From Candidatus Ozemobacteraceae bacterium (GTDB lineage: Bacteria > Muiribacteriota > Ozemobacteria > Ozemobacterales > Ozemobacteraceae), in assembly GCA_965140445.1 (NCBI GenBank), contig OZ223236.1, positions 4,896,001-4,960,000 of the forward strand: 64,000 nucleotides of DNA, read 5' to 3'. The position numbers and the translations under genes are program-made. Of the stretch, positions 29,658 through 37,852 are shown piece after piece (the stretch's first letter is position 1; every line of letters begins with the position of its first letter). A model generated the notes under the pieces. The model made no database searches. It was not told the origin of the DNA and was given only the letters and a program-made list of their open reading frames with translations.

Positions 29658-31283
29658 TTAATCATTTCGCCTTGAAATCTTTAAATAAAAGCTATCATAA
29701 GGTTTGGGGAAAATAATCCTAAGAGCATAAATTCCACTGACAGGAGCTTTGAAGCTCTCAGCTAATCCAACTTCAAGGCCTTTGGATTCAATGGATTCCC
29801 AAACCTTTCTACCGGATGAGTCAAATACGCCAGCTAAAATTAAACGCGCAAATAGTTTATTTGGTAACTTCCAGCCTTTTAAGTAAGGATTCTTTTCCAT
29901 TTTTACCTGGTAGTTCTTTTTATCAGGTTTCCATTCAACTTCAATTTTTTCTCCAGCTTTCATTGGAAAAAATAGACTAGTCGAACCTCCAGCTCCTAAT
30001 GAATAGCTCAATGTTACCAGGTTCCAGTCATCAAACTTTGGCTGAGGCTCTCTTCCACCTTCTCGTGTAATAAGTTCTCTGTGATTGGATTTTTCGCTGT
30101 AAACGGGTAACCAATTAGCCTTTTGTGCGCTAGCGTTAATTCCACCAACAATAAATCCATATAGCAAGAATAAAATTCCAAGACAGAGCAACGACTCAAA
30201 CAACAATCCAGTTTCCTTGGAATAATTTTCCAATGCCTGGTTTAAATCACAACTAATCGATTTATGGTTAATTCTAGCCTTATCCATCCAGCCATCTGGT
30301 AAATTAACAAGATTCTCAGTCTCACAATAGCCGCAGATAACCAGATGCTTGTCGTGTTTTATTCCCAAAGCTGCTCCACAATTATTGCACAAAGCAGGAC
30401 CACCTGGAATTGCGGGGGGACTTGCAGCAAGTGAAAACTGTAGTTCTTCCAATACAAAAATCTTCCTACGTGCCCGATAGACCAAGGCAAAGGGAACAGC
30501 CAAGAGAATGTATAAAATTAATGCCCTTAAGAGAGCTATGAAAAATGGGCTTACCACATCTGCAAAATTTGCTTTAAAAAAATATCTATAGATTAGTGAA
30601 AGTGGATAAATTGAAAAAAAATCCAGATAATAATGAAAAACACCAAGAAAAATCAAAAAGAATAAGAAAATCAACTTATCTGAAAAATAAGAAAGCAGAT
30701 TTTCAAAATCTGAGGGAAACTTCCCAACCACATCTTTCAATTCAACCACTCTGGACATCTTCCGATTAATTGATTCTCTGGCCGCCATGGCGTCCAGGTA
30801 TATAGCTGGAATATGAACTTTTTTAGAACAATATGGACAATTTATCCATTCATTATGAAGCAAAGGAACAAGCCCCTTACAGTTTCCACAAACAAGAGGT
30901 TTTAACCTGAGTTTTTTAGTTGAAGCGGTCTTGGAAGAAGTAATCGCAGAGAATTTTTCGGGGTTTGCCCCAAGAGTAGTTTTAAAGAGTTGTAAGATAG
31001 CATCTTCATCGCCATCTAAAACCCCGTCAGAAGTAAATTTTAATAAAGTAGCCTGGTATAACTCAGTGGGAGAAAACTTGGTAGAATCACTAATTTTTCC
31101 ATTTTTATAGGCTTTTATAGCATTATTGGCAAGGTCGTTAGCTCTATCTTTATCAATTTTAAAAGCATCAGAAAGCCTTTTTAAAAGCTTGAACTCATCG
31201 CTTGAAATTTTACCATCCTGACAACATTGACAGGCTATTTGATAGAAAAGCTCCTCATATGGCAATTCAAAAATAGCTGTCAT
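29658..31283 (-). CDS. Membrane protein with TerB-like N-terminus and zinc ribbons
   Basis: DGKISSDE and DGVLDGDE TerB-type motifs, CGNC/CPYC and CNNC/CGYC pairs, TM helices. Confidence 0.7.
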   Translation of the reverse strand: MTAIFELPYEELFYQIACQCCQDGKISSDEFKLLKRLSDAFKIDKDRANDLANNAIKAYKNGKISDSTKFSPTELYQATLLKFTSDGVLDGDEDAILQLFKTTLGANPEKFSAITSSKTASTKKLRLKPLVCGNCKGLVPLLHNEWINCPYCSKKVHIPAIYLDAMAARESINRKMSRVVELKDVVGKFPSDFENLLSYFSDKLIFLFFLIFLGVFHYYLDFFSIYPLSLIYRYFFKANFADVVSPFFIALLRALILYILLAVPFALVYRARRKIFVLEELQFSLAASPPAIPGGPALCNNCGAALGIKHDKHLVICGYCETENLVNLPDGWMDKARINHKSISCDLNQALENYSKETGLLFESLLCLGILFLLYGFIVGGINASAQKANWLPVYSEKSNHRELITREGGREPQPKFDDWNLVTLSYSLGAGGSTSLFFPMKAGEKIEVEWKPDKKNYQVKMEKNPYLKGWKLPNKLFARLILAGVFDSSGRKVWESIESKGLEVGLAESFKAPVSGIYALRIIFPKPYDSFYLKISRRND

Positions 31284-31504
31284 GATTGCCCTCCAACATT
31301 TGTATATTATTCAGACACCGGTAAAAAAGACGATAATTCATTATTAGCTTTTTCGAAGAAAAAGTCTAGGAAAGTGAAATATCAAGTATACTGGGCATGT
31401 ATCAAACAAAAAACTTAAGATTGGCTGGCAAATCTTAAAATATTCAATTACAAGACTGCTTTATTGCCAGGGCTTAGAACAACTAACGTAGAAGGACAGG
31501 TAAA

Positions 31505-33796
31505 GTGGATATAACCAAAAAGCAATTTATAATATTTATTTTATCAATGTTTGCTCTTGCCGGCTTAATAGCTTTTGCTTTGCCTCCAGAGCGAACTGAC
31601 ACGCAAAACTACCTCACTTCAGATGCAATTTATCTAATACTTTGCTATGGTCTTGCTTTCTTTTTCTTAAAGGAAGAAGCAATTGTTCCAGGCGTTTTAA
31701 CTATATACGGCGGCTCTATACTATTTTGCTTTATTTACTTTTTTATTGCGCCAGTTGAGGCCCCAATAATGCTTGTTCTATTTGTCTGGCCAGCTATTCT
31801 ATTTCAGAAAAAGAAAATTGGCTGCCTAAACCTGGCAATTCTTGGCGCAATACTGATGTTTGTAAGCTTTAACCTACTTGGAAGACCAGCTGTTTTTGCC
31901 CTTCTATTTCCTGTTTGTCATTTGATTTCAATGCGCTTCTCCCCAAATGTTAACGCGCGATTTAGCGGAAATATCTATGATATGGGAAACCTACTCAGCC
32001 AAAAACAAAAAAGACTAAGGTCTGGAAAATCGCTTTCCGAAAAAGCTGACTGGTGGGCAATTTTAAAGCCAGAACTGGAAAACATAATTCAAACAGTAAT
32101 GGCTAAATACGGCAAAGAAGCAGGGAACCAGCCTGAAACCAGCAAAAAGCTATTTGACCCAAAACTTCTGCAATTACAAGATTCTTTCGCAATGTCTAAA
32201 GCGCTTACAGAACTAAAAAAGAGGGATAATAATTTCGACTCCAATCAATTTCTAAAAAAAGTTGATAAAATCTTTTTGAAGGTTCAGAAAGCCTGGTATG
32301 AGCAAAAATCAGAGAGTGTTCAACATATGATTTCAGATGCGCTATATGAACAGCTAAAATGCCAGGAAGAAGAACAAAAGGCTAATGGCATTAAGTTTAC
32401 CTATAAAGACATGGTCATCCAGAACACGAGAATAGCCCAGGTAAATTCAGACCAGAACTTTGATGTTATACACGTTTTTATAAGAGCAAATTCCAGAGAC
32501 TCAATAATTGATCTGGAAACAAATGAGGTCCTGGCTGAAAATGAAGAAAACAGAGATTTTGCAGAATACTGGACTTTTCTCAGACGTCCTACAGCTAAAA
32601 CTTTAAATAAGCCAGATCTACTTTCTTCTAGTTGCCCCAACTGCGGAAACCCAATAAAAATTGGGCAGGTAACTGTCTGCGAAATTTGTAAATCGTACCT
32701 CCGCTCCGGTGAATATGATTGGGTACTTGCAAAAATAACCCAGGCTGGTGAATGGGAATATACCGAACCATCTAGATTGCCAGACTGGGATAAAGTTAAA
32801 GAAATGGACCCCGACTTTACTATCCAGGCCATTGAGGATTTGGGCGGGGTAATTTTCTGGAAAACCCATCAAGCGGAAAGAATGAAAAAACCAGAAATTA
32901 TTAAAAGGTTTACCACCGAGATCCTTGGCAAAAACTTTTCAAAAGTTAGAAGTCAAAACTGCCTTAATTGTAATTACGTAGAAAATATATCGTTAGGTTC
33001 TGTTAGATTAAGAGGTTTTAAGATAGGTGAAAAGTGGGATAAGATTTTCCTGCTGGTTTCATGGAACGGAGTCCCGGTAAGACTTGATTCTTCAGGAAAA
33101 ACACTTCCCGACAAACGCATGAATCGGATTTTCAGAGATTTATTTGTTCTTACAAGAAAACATGGTGCCAAATCCAATCTCAAAAATGCTATTACCAGCT
33201 CACATTGTCCAAGTTGTGGAGCCAACACCGAATCAAGCTTTGCCACATCCTGTGAATACTGTGGATCTTCTTTAAATGAGGGTTCCAAAAGTTGGATTCT
33301 GGAGAAAGTTACTACAGAACGTGACGGCGAATACCTGGACTCTATCAGCCGCCCCAGAAAAAAGATATCTGATGACGAATGTCTCAGCACTGAACAAAGA
33401 TCTGCTCGGGACATAGTAACAATTACTGCCCAGCTACTGTTAGCTGATGGAGTAATTGATCCTGATGAAGTAAATCTTCTAAATAAAATTGCCAGTTCCC
33501 ATGGAATGTCCCAAAAGGACGTTGATTCAATCATCGAAAACCTGAAAAGCGGATTGGTCTATATTCCAGCCCCTAAAGATAATCGCCAGTCCTGGGAACT
33601 TTTGCTTCACGCTACAAGAATGGCTTTGGCCGATGGAACAATAGATGATTCTGAAGAAAAGTCTCTTATAAGTCTCGCAAAACACATCGGTTATACAGAA
33701 ATGGACGTAAAGCGCGCCAGAAAAGTTGAAGAAAAAAGCTACAACGCTCAACAAAGGCAAAAAGAAATGGAAGCCCGCAAGAAAGCACGGCAATAG
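31505..33796 (+). CDS. Membrane protein: TIM44-like domains + zinc ribbons + TerB-like C-terminus
   Basis: N-terminal TMs, DNNFDSNQFL..VQKAW..FAEYWTFLR (Tim44), CPNC/CEIC and CPSC/CEYC, LADGVIDPDE and LADGTIDDSE. Confidence 0.82.
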   Translation: MDITKKQFIIFILSMFALAGLIAFALPPERTDTQNYLTSDAIYLILCYGLAFFFLKEEAIVPGVLTIYGGSILFCFIYFFIAPVEAPIMLVLFVWPAILFQKKKIGCLNLAILGAILMFVSFNLLGRPAVFALLFPVCHLISMRFSPNVNARFSGNIYDMGNLLSQKQKRLRSGKSLSEKADWWAILKPELENIIQTVMAKYGKEAGNQPETSKKLFDPKLLQLQDSFAMSKALTELKKRDNNFDSNQFLKKVDKIFLKVQKAWYEQKSESVQHMISDALYEQLKCQEEEQKANGIKFTYKDMVIQNTRIAQVNSDQNFDVIHVFIRANSRDSIIDLETNEVLAENEENRDFAEYWTFLRRPTAKTLNKPDLLSSSCPNCGNPIKIGQVTVCEICKSYLRSGEYDWVLAKITQAGEWEYTEPSRLPDWDKVKEMDPDFTIQAIEDLGGVIFWKTHQAERMKKPEIIKRFTTEILGKNFSKVRSQNCLNCNYVENISLGSVRLRGFKIGEKWDKIFLLVSWNGVPVRLDSSGKTLPDKRMNRIFRDLFVLTRKHGAKSNLKNAITSSHCPSCGANTESSFATSCEYCGSSLNEGSKSWILEKVTTERDGEYLDSISRPRKKISDDECLSTEQRSARDIVTITAQLLLADGVIDPDEVNLLNKIASSHGMSQKDVDSIIENLKSGLVYIPAPKDNRQSWELLLHATRMALADGTIDDSEEKSLISLAKHIGYTEMDVKRARKVEEKSYNAQQRQKEMEARKKARQ

Positions 33797-33898
33797 CTTA
33801 ACATCTAAAGATAATAGCTAAAATATATCCCCAGAAAAAGAAATCTCAGGGTGACAGGAAAATAGTTATGCTGAGGTTTTTATTTTTGAAAAAAATCA

Positions 33899-33934
33899 AA
33901 ACTGTTAGCTAAACTGTTAGCTAAATTGTTAGCT
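33899..33934. repeat. Three tandem 12-bp direct repeats
   Basis: AAACTGTTAGCT AAACTGTTAGCT AAATTGTTAGCT. Confidence 0.9.
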
Positions 33935-34017
33935 GTTTTTCTTTTTAAAGAAAAAAGTGATCCAGGCTAAGTTCCATTTTAGCTCTGCGCCACGCAACAA
34001 CACAAACTTTCTAAAAT

Positions 34018-34047
34018 AAAAAAAGCACCGCCAAAAGCGGTGCTTTT
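34018..34047 (-). terminator. Terminator at end of tRNA operon
   Basis: AAAAGCACCGC-CAAAA-GCGGTGCTTTT hairpin with U-run. Confidence 0.8.
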
Positions 34048-34051
34048 AAAA

Positions 34052-34124
34052 TAGACCATACAGGATTCGAACCTGTGACCCACTGATTAAGAGTCAGTTG
34101 CTCTACCAACTGAGCTAATGATCC
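34052..34124 (-). tRNA. tRNA-Lys(CTT)
   Basis: GGATCATTAGCTCAGTTGGTAGAGCAACTGACTCTTAATCAGTGGGTCACAGGTTCGAATCCTGTATGGTCTA. No encoded CCA. Confidence 0.93.
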
Positions 34125-34133
34125 ATAAAGGTC

Positions 34134-34162
34134 AAAGAGGGATACCGAAGTATCCCTCTTTT
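34134..34162 (-). terminator. Strong hairpin (UUCG loop) between the two tRNA-Lys genes
   Basis: Minus strand AAAGAGGGATAC-TTCG-GTATCCCTCTTT with a short U-tract. Confidence 0.6.
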
Positions 34163-34165
34163 GAG

Positions 34166-34237
34166 TGAGCCGTGTTGGATTTGAACCAACGACCCTCTGC
34201 TTAAAAGGCAGATGCTCTACCCCTGAGCTAACGGCCC
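34166..34237 (-). tRNA. tRNA-Lys(TTT)
   Basis: Cloverleaf with anticodon arm TCTGC-CTTTTAA-GCAGA and T-loop GTTCAAATC. Confidence 0.95.
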
Positions 34238-34248
34238 GTATAACAAAT

Positions 34249-34322
34249 CGCGCCTGGAAGGATTCGAACCCTCAGCCTACAGATCCGAAGTCTGTCGCTC
34301 TATCCAGTTGAGCTACAAGCGC
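34249..34322 (-). tRNA. tRNA-Arg(TCG)
   Basis: Anticodon arm ACAGA-CTTCGGA-TCTGT, acceptor GCGCTTG/CAGGCGC. Confidence 0.95.
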
Positions 34323-34327
34323 TAGAG

Positions 34328-34400
34328 GGACAAAGACGGGACTCGAACCCGCAACTCCTAGATCCACAATCTAGTGCACTACCATTGTGCTACTCTGTCC
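34328..34400 (-). tRNA. tRNA-His(GTG)
   Basis: Anticodon arm CTAGA-TTGTGGA-TCTAG, encoded G-1 pairing with C73. Confidence 0.95.
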
Positions 34401-34430
34401 ATGTAGACCGTTCGAACTTCCAAACTTCAT

Positions 34431-34504
34431 CGCGCCAGAGAGGACTTGAACCCCTGGCCCGCAGCTTAGAAGGCTGCTGCTCTATCCAGCTGAGCTACTG
34501 GCGC
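34431..34504 (-). tRNA. tRNA-Arg(TCT)
   Basis: Anticodon arm GCAGC-CTTCTAA-GCTGC, acceptor GCGCCAG/CTGGCGC. Confidence 0.95.
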
Positions 34505-34521
34505 AACCGTCGTTAAACGAG

Positions 34522-34594
34522 AGCGGGAAACGAGACTTGAACTCGCGACATCCACCTTGGCAAGGTGGCGCTCTACCAACTGAGCTATTCCCGC
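34522..34594 (-). tRNA. tRNA-Gly(GCC)
   Basis: GCGGGAATAGCTCAGTTGGTAGAGCG...CCACC-TTGCCAA-GGTGG. Confidence 0.96.
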
Positions 34595-34611
34595 ACATGC
34601 ATCGCGTGCAA

Positions 34612-34684
34612 TCGGGGCGACTGGACTTGAACCAGCGGCCCCCTGGTCCCAAACCAGGTGCGCTACCAACTGCGCCACGCCCCG
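34612..34684 (-). tRNA. tRNA-Pro(TGG)
   Basis: CGGGGCG acceptor, anticodon arm CCTGG-TTTGGGA-CCAGG. Confidence 0.96.
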
Positions 34685-34712
34685 AGGGCTTACATTGCGT
34701 TGCAATGGAGCT

Positions 34713-34741
34713 ATATTAGCAAAGTTTGGTTTGCGGGTCAA
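34713..34741 (-). promoter_or_regulatory. Sigma70-type promoter of the tRNA operon
   Basis: TTGACC-17bp-TAATAT on the minus strand, with an A-rich UP-like tract upstream. Confidence 0.7.
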
Positions 34742-35131
34742 GCCTTTTTTTATTTTTTTTTACACTTATTTTTTTATCCTTCTAAGATTCGCTTCAATTC
34801 AGATATTTTTCTAAATATTTTTTTTGAGTGTACATAGTTTTTTGCTATTTTTTCTTTGAGACTGGACAAGATTTAGCAAAATCTTTCACCAAAAATCACT
34901 TGGTTGATATTTATTTCACAAGCAACGATTAAAACCATTAAAGAATTAAAATGCTTTGCCAGAAACAAAAAATACTACAAAACATAGCCAACCTTCAAAG
35001 TCGTCAAAGCCTTTATAATAGACATTAAAGATTGGAACCAGCAGGTTTTCGGACAGCTTTTACAGGTTGTTAATCCACCCCATTTCTGGTACAGTTCCAA
35101 GACCATACTCTATATTGACAGGCAGGGATAA

Positions 35132-36325
35132 ATGAAACAGATATGCGTAATTGGACTGGGATACATAGGGCTTCCCACAAGCGCCATACTAGCAGCTAAA
35201 GGATACAGCGTCCTCGGCATTGATGTTAACAGCAAAGTAGTTGAAACAATAAATAACGGTAAGATTCACATTACCGAGCCAGACCTTGATCTTTTTGTAA
35301 GAGCTGCGGTGGAATCGAAAAAACTTAAAGCTTCAACGAAGCCTGAAAAAGCTGATGCCTTTATAATTGCGGTTCCAACACCATTTAAGGCCGATCACAA
35401 ACCAGACATGTCTTATGTCAAACAAGCTACAGAAGCAATTTTACCAGTTCTTCAAAACGGAAATCTGGTAATTCTCGAGTCTACATCCCCACCCCAGACC
35501 TGTGAAAAAATCATTGCCCCAATAATTGAAGCAGCAGGCTTCAAACCAGGCACAGATATATTCATAGCACATTGCCCCGAACGAGTCCTTCCCGGTCAGA
35601 TCATGAGAGAAGTTGTCGAAAACGATAGAGTAATTGGTGGTATTAATGAAGAATCTGCCATAAAAGCTAAAGAACTTTATTCAACCTTTGTAAAAGGCCA
35701 AATTCACCTTACAGACGCCACAACTGCTGAAATGGCTAAATTAGTAGAAAATAGCTTCAGAGATGTGAATATTGCATTTGCTAATGAGTTATCAATTATT
35801 TGCGAGAAACTTGGCCTGAATGTCTGGGAGCTGATAAAACTTGCCAATCTGCATCCCAGAGTAAACATTCTCAGACCTGGGCCTGGTGTTGGTGGGCATT
35901 GTATTGCGGTCGACCCCTGGTTTATTGTGGATGCCTGCCCAAACGAATCAAGATTAATTTCGACGGCCAGGCATGTTAACGACAGCAAACCTGGTTTTGT
36001 GGTAAATCGCATAAAAAGAGCGGCAGATAGATTTAAGAATCCAGTAATAGGCTTGATGGGCCTTTCCTACAAACAGGATATTGAAGATTTGCGGGAATCT
36101 CCTGCTGTTGAGATTGCCAGGGAGCTGCAAAAAGACAACCCGGGAACGCTTCTTGTATGTGAACCACATTGCACTGAAATAGAAGGGTTTGATCTGGCAA
36201 ATCTGGATAGAGTTATTAACGAGGCAGACATTATTGTTCTTCTCGTTCCCCATAAACAATTTAAGAATATTGATAAAGAAATTCTCAAACAAAAAATCGT
36301 AATAGATACATGTGGAATATGGTGA
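35132..36325 (+). CDS. wecC: UDP-N-acetyl-D-mannosamine dehydrogenase
   Basis: GLGYIGLP, ILESTSPP, HCPERVLPG, KLVENSFRDVNIAFANE, GPGVGGHCI. Confidence 0.92.
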   Translation: MKQICVIGLGYIGLPTSAILAAKGYSVLGIDVNSKVVETINNGKIHITEPDLDLFVRAAVESKKLKASTKPEKADAFIIAVPTPFKADHKPDMSYVKQATEAILPVLQNGNLVILESTSPPQTCEKIIAPIIEAAGFKPGTDIFIAHCPERVLPGQIMREVVENDRVIGGINEESAIKAKELYSTFVKGQIHLTDATTAEMAKLVENSFRDVNIAFANELSIICEKLGLNVWELIKLANLHPRVNILRPGPGVGGHCIAVDPWFIVDACPNESRLISTARHVNDSKPGFVVNRIKRAADRFKNPVIGLMGLSYKQDIEDLRESPAVEIARELQKDNPGTLLVCEPHCTEIEGFDLANLDRVINEADIIVLLVPHKQFKNIDKEILKQKIVIDTCGIW

Positions 36326-36329
36326 TTAA

Positions 36330-37835
36330 ATGAAAGTATTATTAATAGACCCCCCATTCAAAAGCTTTGCAGGTATATTCAGCCTTTACTTCCCTCTGGG
36401 ATTAACTTACATAGCTGGTGCGGCAAAGCAAGCTGGCCACGAATGCAAGATTTTAGACGTGGATGCCGCCGAACCCAAAGCTGGATCCCTGGACTTTACA
36501 AAGGAATATGAAAATTATTCTAATTATGTTCAAGCATTAAATGACCACCAACACCCCACATGGGAGCTAATGCTCCAGATAGTAAAAAAAGAGTCGCCAG
36601 ATGTAATTGGGATTTCAGCAATGACAACCAAATTCGGATCTGTGATTCAAACTGCAAGATTCTGCAAGGAAGTACTACCCGATGTTCCTATAATAATCGG
36701 AGGTGCTCATGCCAGCACGATGCCAGAACTTACCATGGAAATTCCCGAAGCCGACTTTGCTTTAAGAGGCGAAAGTGACGAGTCTTTCCCGGAGCTTTTA
36801 AATGCTATTAGAGATAAATCAGATTTTGCAAAAATAGATGGTCTGAGTTGGAAAAAAGATGGCAAGGTAATTCATAATAAAGAAAGAGAATTGGTTAAAG
36901 ACTTGAATTCTGTGCCAATTCCAGATCGCAGTGCTCTTATGAACCCAGAAAACTATTCCACTGAAGATATGGGAATAATTCTGACTTCCAGAGGTTGTCC
37001 TTTCAGGTGCAGCTATTGTTTCCACATGTGGGACAAAAAAGTTAGATACAGAAGTGTGTCTTCGGTTATTGAAGAGATTATGCTTGTTCATAAGCAATTT
37101 GGTACAACCCAATTCTCGATAAAGGATGATTCCTTTACGGTTCGCAAAAACCATGTTCTTGATCTTTGCAATGAGTTTAAAAAGCTGCCTTTCAAAATTA
37201 CTTTCAACTGTACAACCAGAGTTGATCTGCTTGATGATGAGTTATTAACTGCCATGAAAGATGCTGGCTGTGCTCAGGTAGCTCTGGGAATCGAATCCGG
37301 CTCACCAAAGATATTAAAAGAAACCGACAAAGACATCAGCCTGGAACAAGTAATGAAAGCATCTGAAATTCTTAACAAGCACAAGCTTTTCTGGACCGGG
37401 TATTTCATGATTGGCTTACCAAATGAAACAGAAAAAGATATCCGGATGACTATGAACTTCCTGAAAAAAGTTAAGCCATTTTATGGTGGACTCGGAGTCT
37501 ATAGCCCATTCCCACGAACCAAGCTTTTTGATCAAGGCGTAGAATTAGATCTTCTGGACCCAAACCCTGGGTTAGAACACTTCTTAACGACAAACCCGAA
37601 AGATCTTTTTTTTAAAAATCCTCGGAAAAGGCTGTTGTATATTGAACATGAAAAGTTCAACAAAATTGCCGCTGAAGCTTCTCAAGTTTTTAACAAGCAC
37701 AACACTAACCTGTTTAACATGGCTAGAAGAGGCTTTGCCAGACGCAAGGCTTATATGTATGACCCAGCCCTCCTAAAAAGAGATCTTGGTAAAGCAGCAG
37801 ACTTTCTTGGGCTAAGCAAACTCTGGAAAAAATAG
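36330..37835 (+). CDS. Cobalamin-binding radical SAM protein (class B methyltransferase-like)
   Basis: N-terminal B12-binding domain (PLGL..IA, GISAMT, IIGGAHAS), TSRGCPFRCSYC, GIESGS. Confidence 0.9.
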   Translation: MKVLLIDPPFKSFAGIFSLYFPLGLTYIAGAAKQAGHECKILDVDAAEPKAGSLDFTKEYENYSNYVQALNDHQHPTWELMLQIVKKESPDVIGISAMTTKFGSVIQTARFCKEVLPDVPIIIGGAHASTMPELTMEIPEADFALRGESDESFPELLNAIRDKSDFAKIDGLSWKKDGKVIHNKERELVKDLNSVPIPDRSALMNPENYSTEDMGIILTSRGCPFRCSYCFHMWDKKVRYRSVSSVIEEIMLVHKQFGTTQFSIKDDSFTVRKNHVLDLCNEFKKLPFKITFNCTTRVDLLDDELLTAMKDAGCAQVALGIESGSPKILKETDKDISLEQVMKASEILNKHKLFWTGYFMIGLPNETEKDIRMTMNFLKKVKPFYGGLGVYSPFPRTKLFDQGVELDLLDPNPGLEHFLTTNPKDLFFKNPRKRLLYIEHEKFNKIAAEASQVFNKHNTNLFNMARRGFARRKAYMYDPALLKRDLGKAADFLGLSKLWKK

Positions 37836-37852
37836 ACAGGAATTAAAATCAA

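Noticed and set aside
32401..33793. Several 84-186 aa minus-strand ORFs (and similar short ORFs inside other long genes)
   Set aside because: Antisense or off-frame shadows of well-supported CDSs, with no motifs.
33899..33934. Possible CRISPR array or iterons
   Set aside because: The 12-bp units have no spacers, and there is no cas or rep gene in the window.
34466..34741. 91-aa and 60-aa ORFs over the tRNA cluster
   Set aside because: They are translations of tRNA genes.
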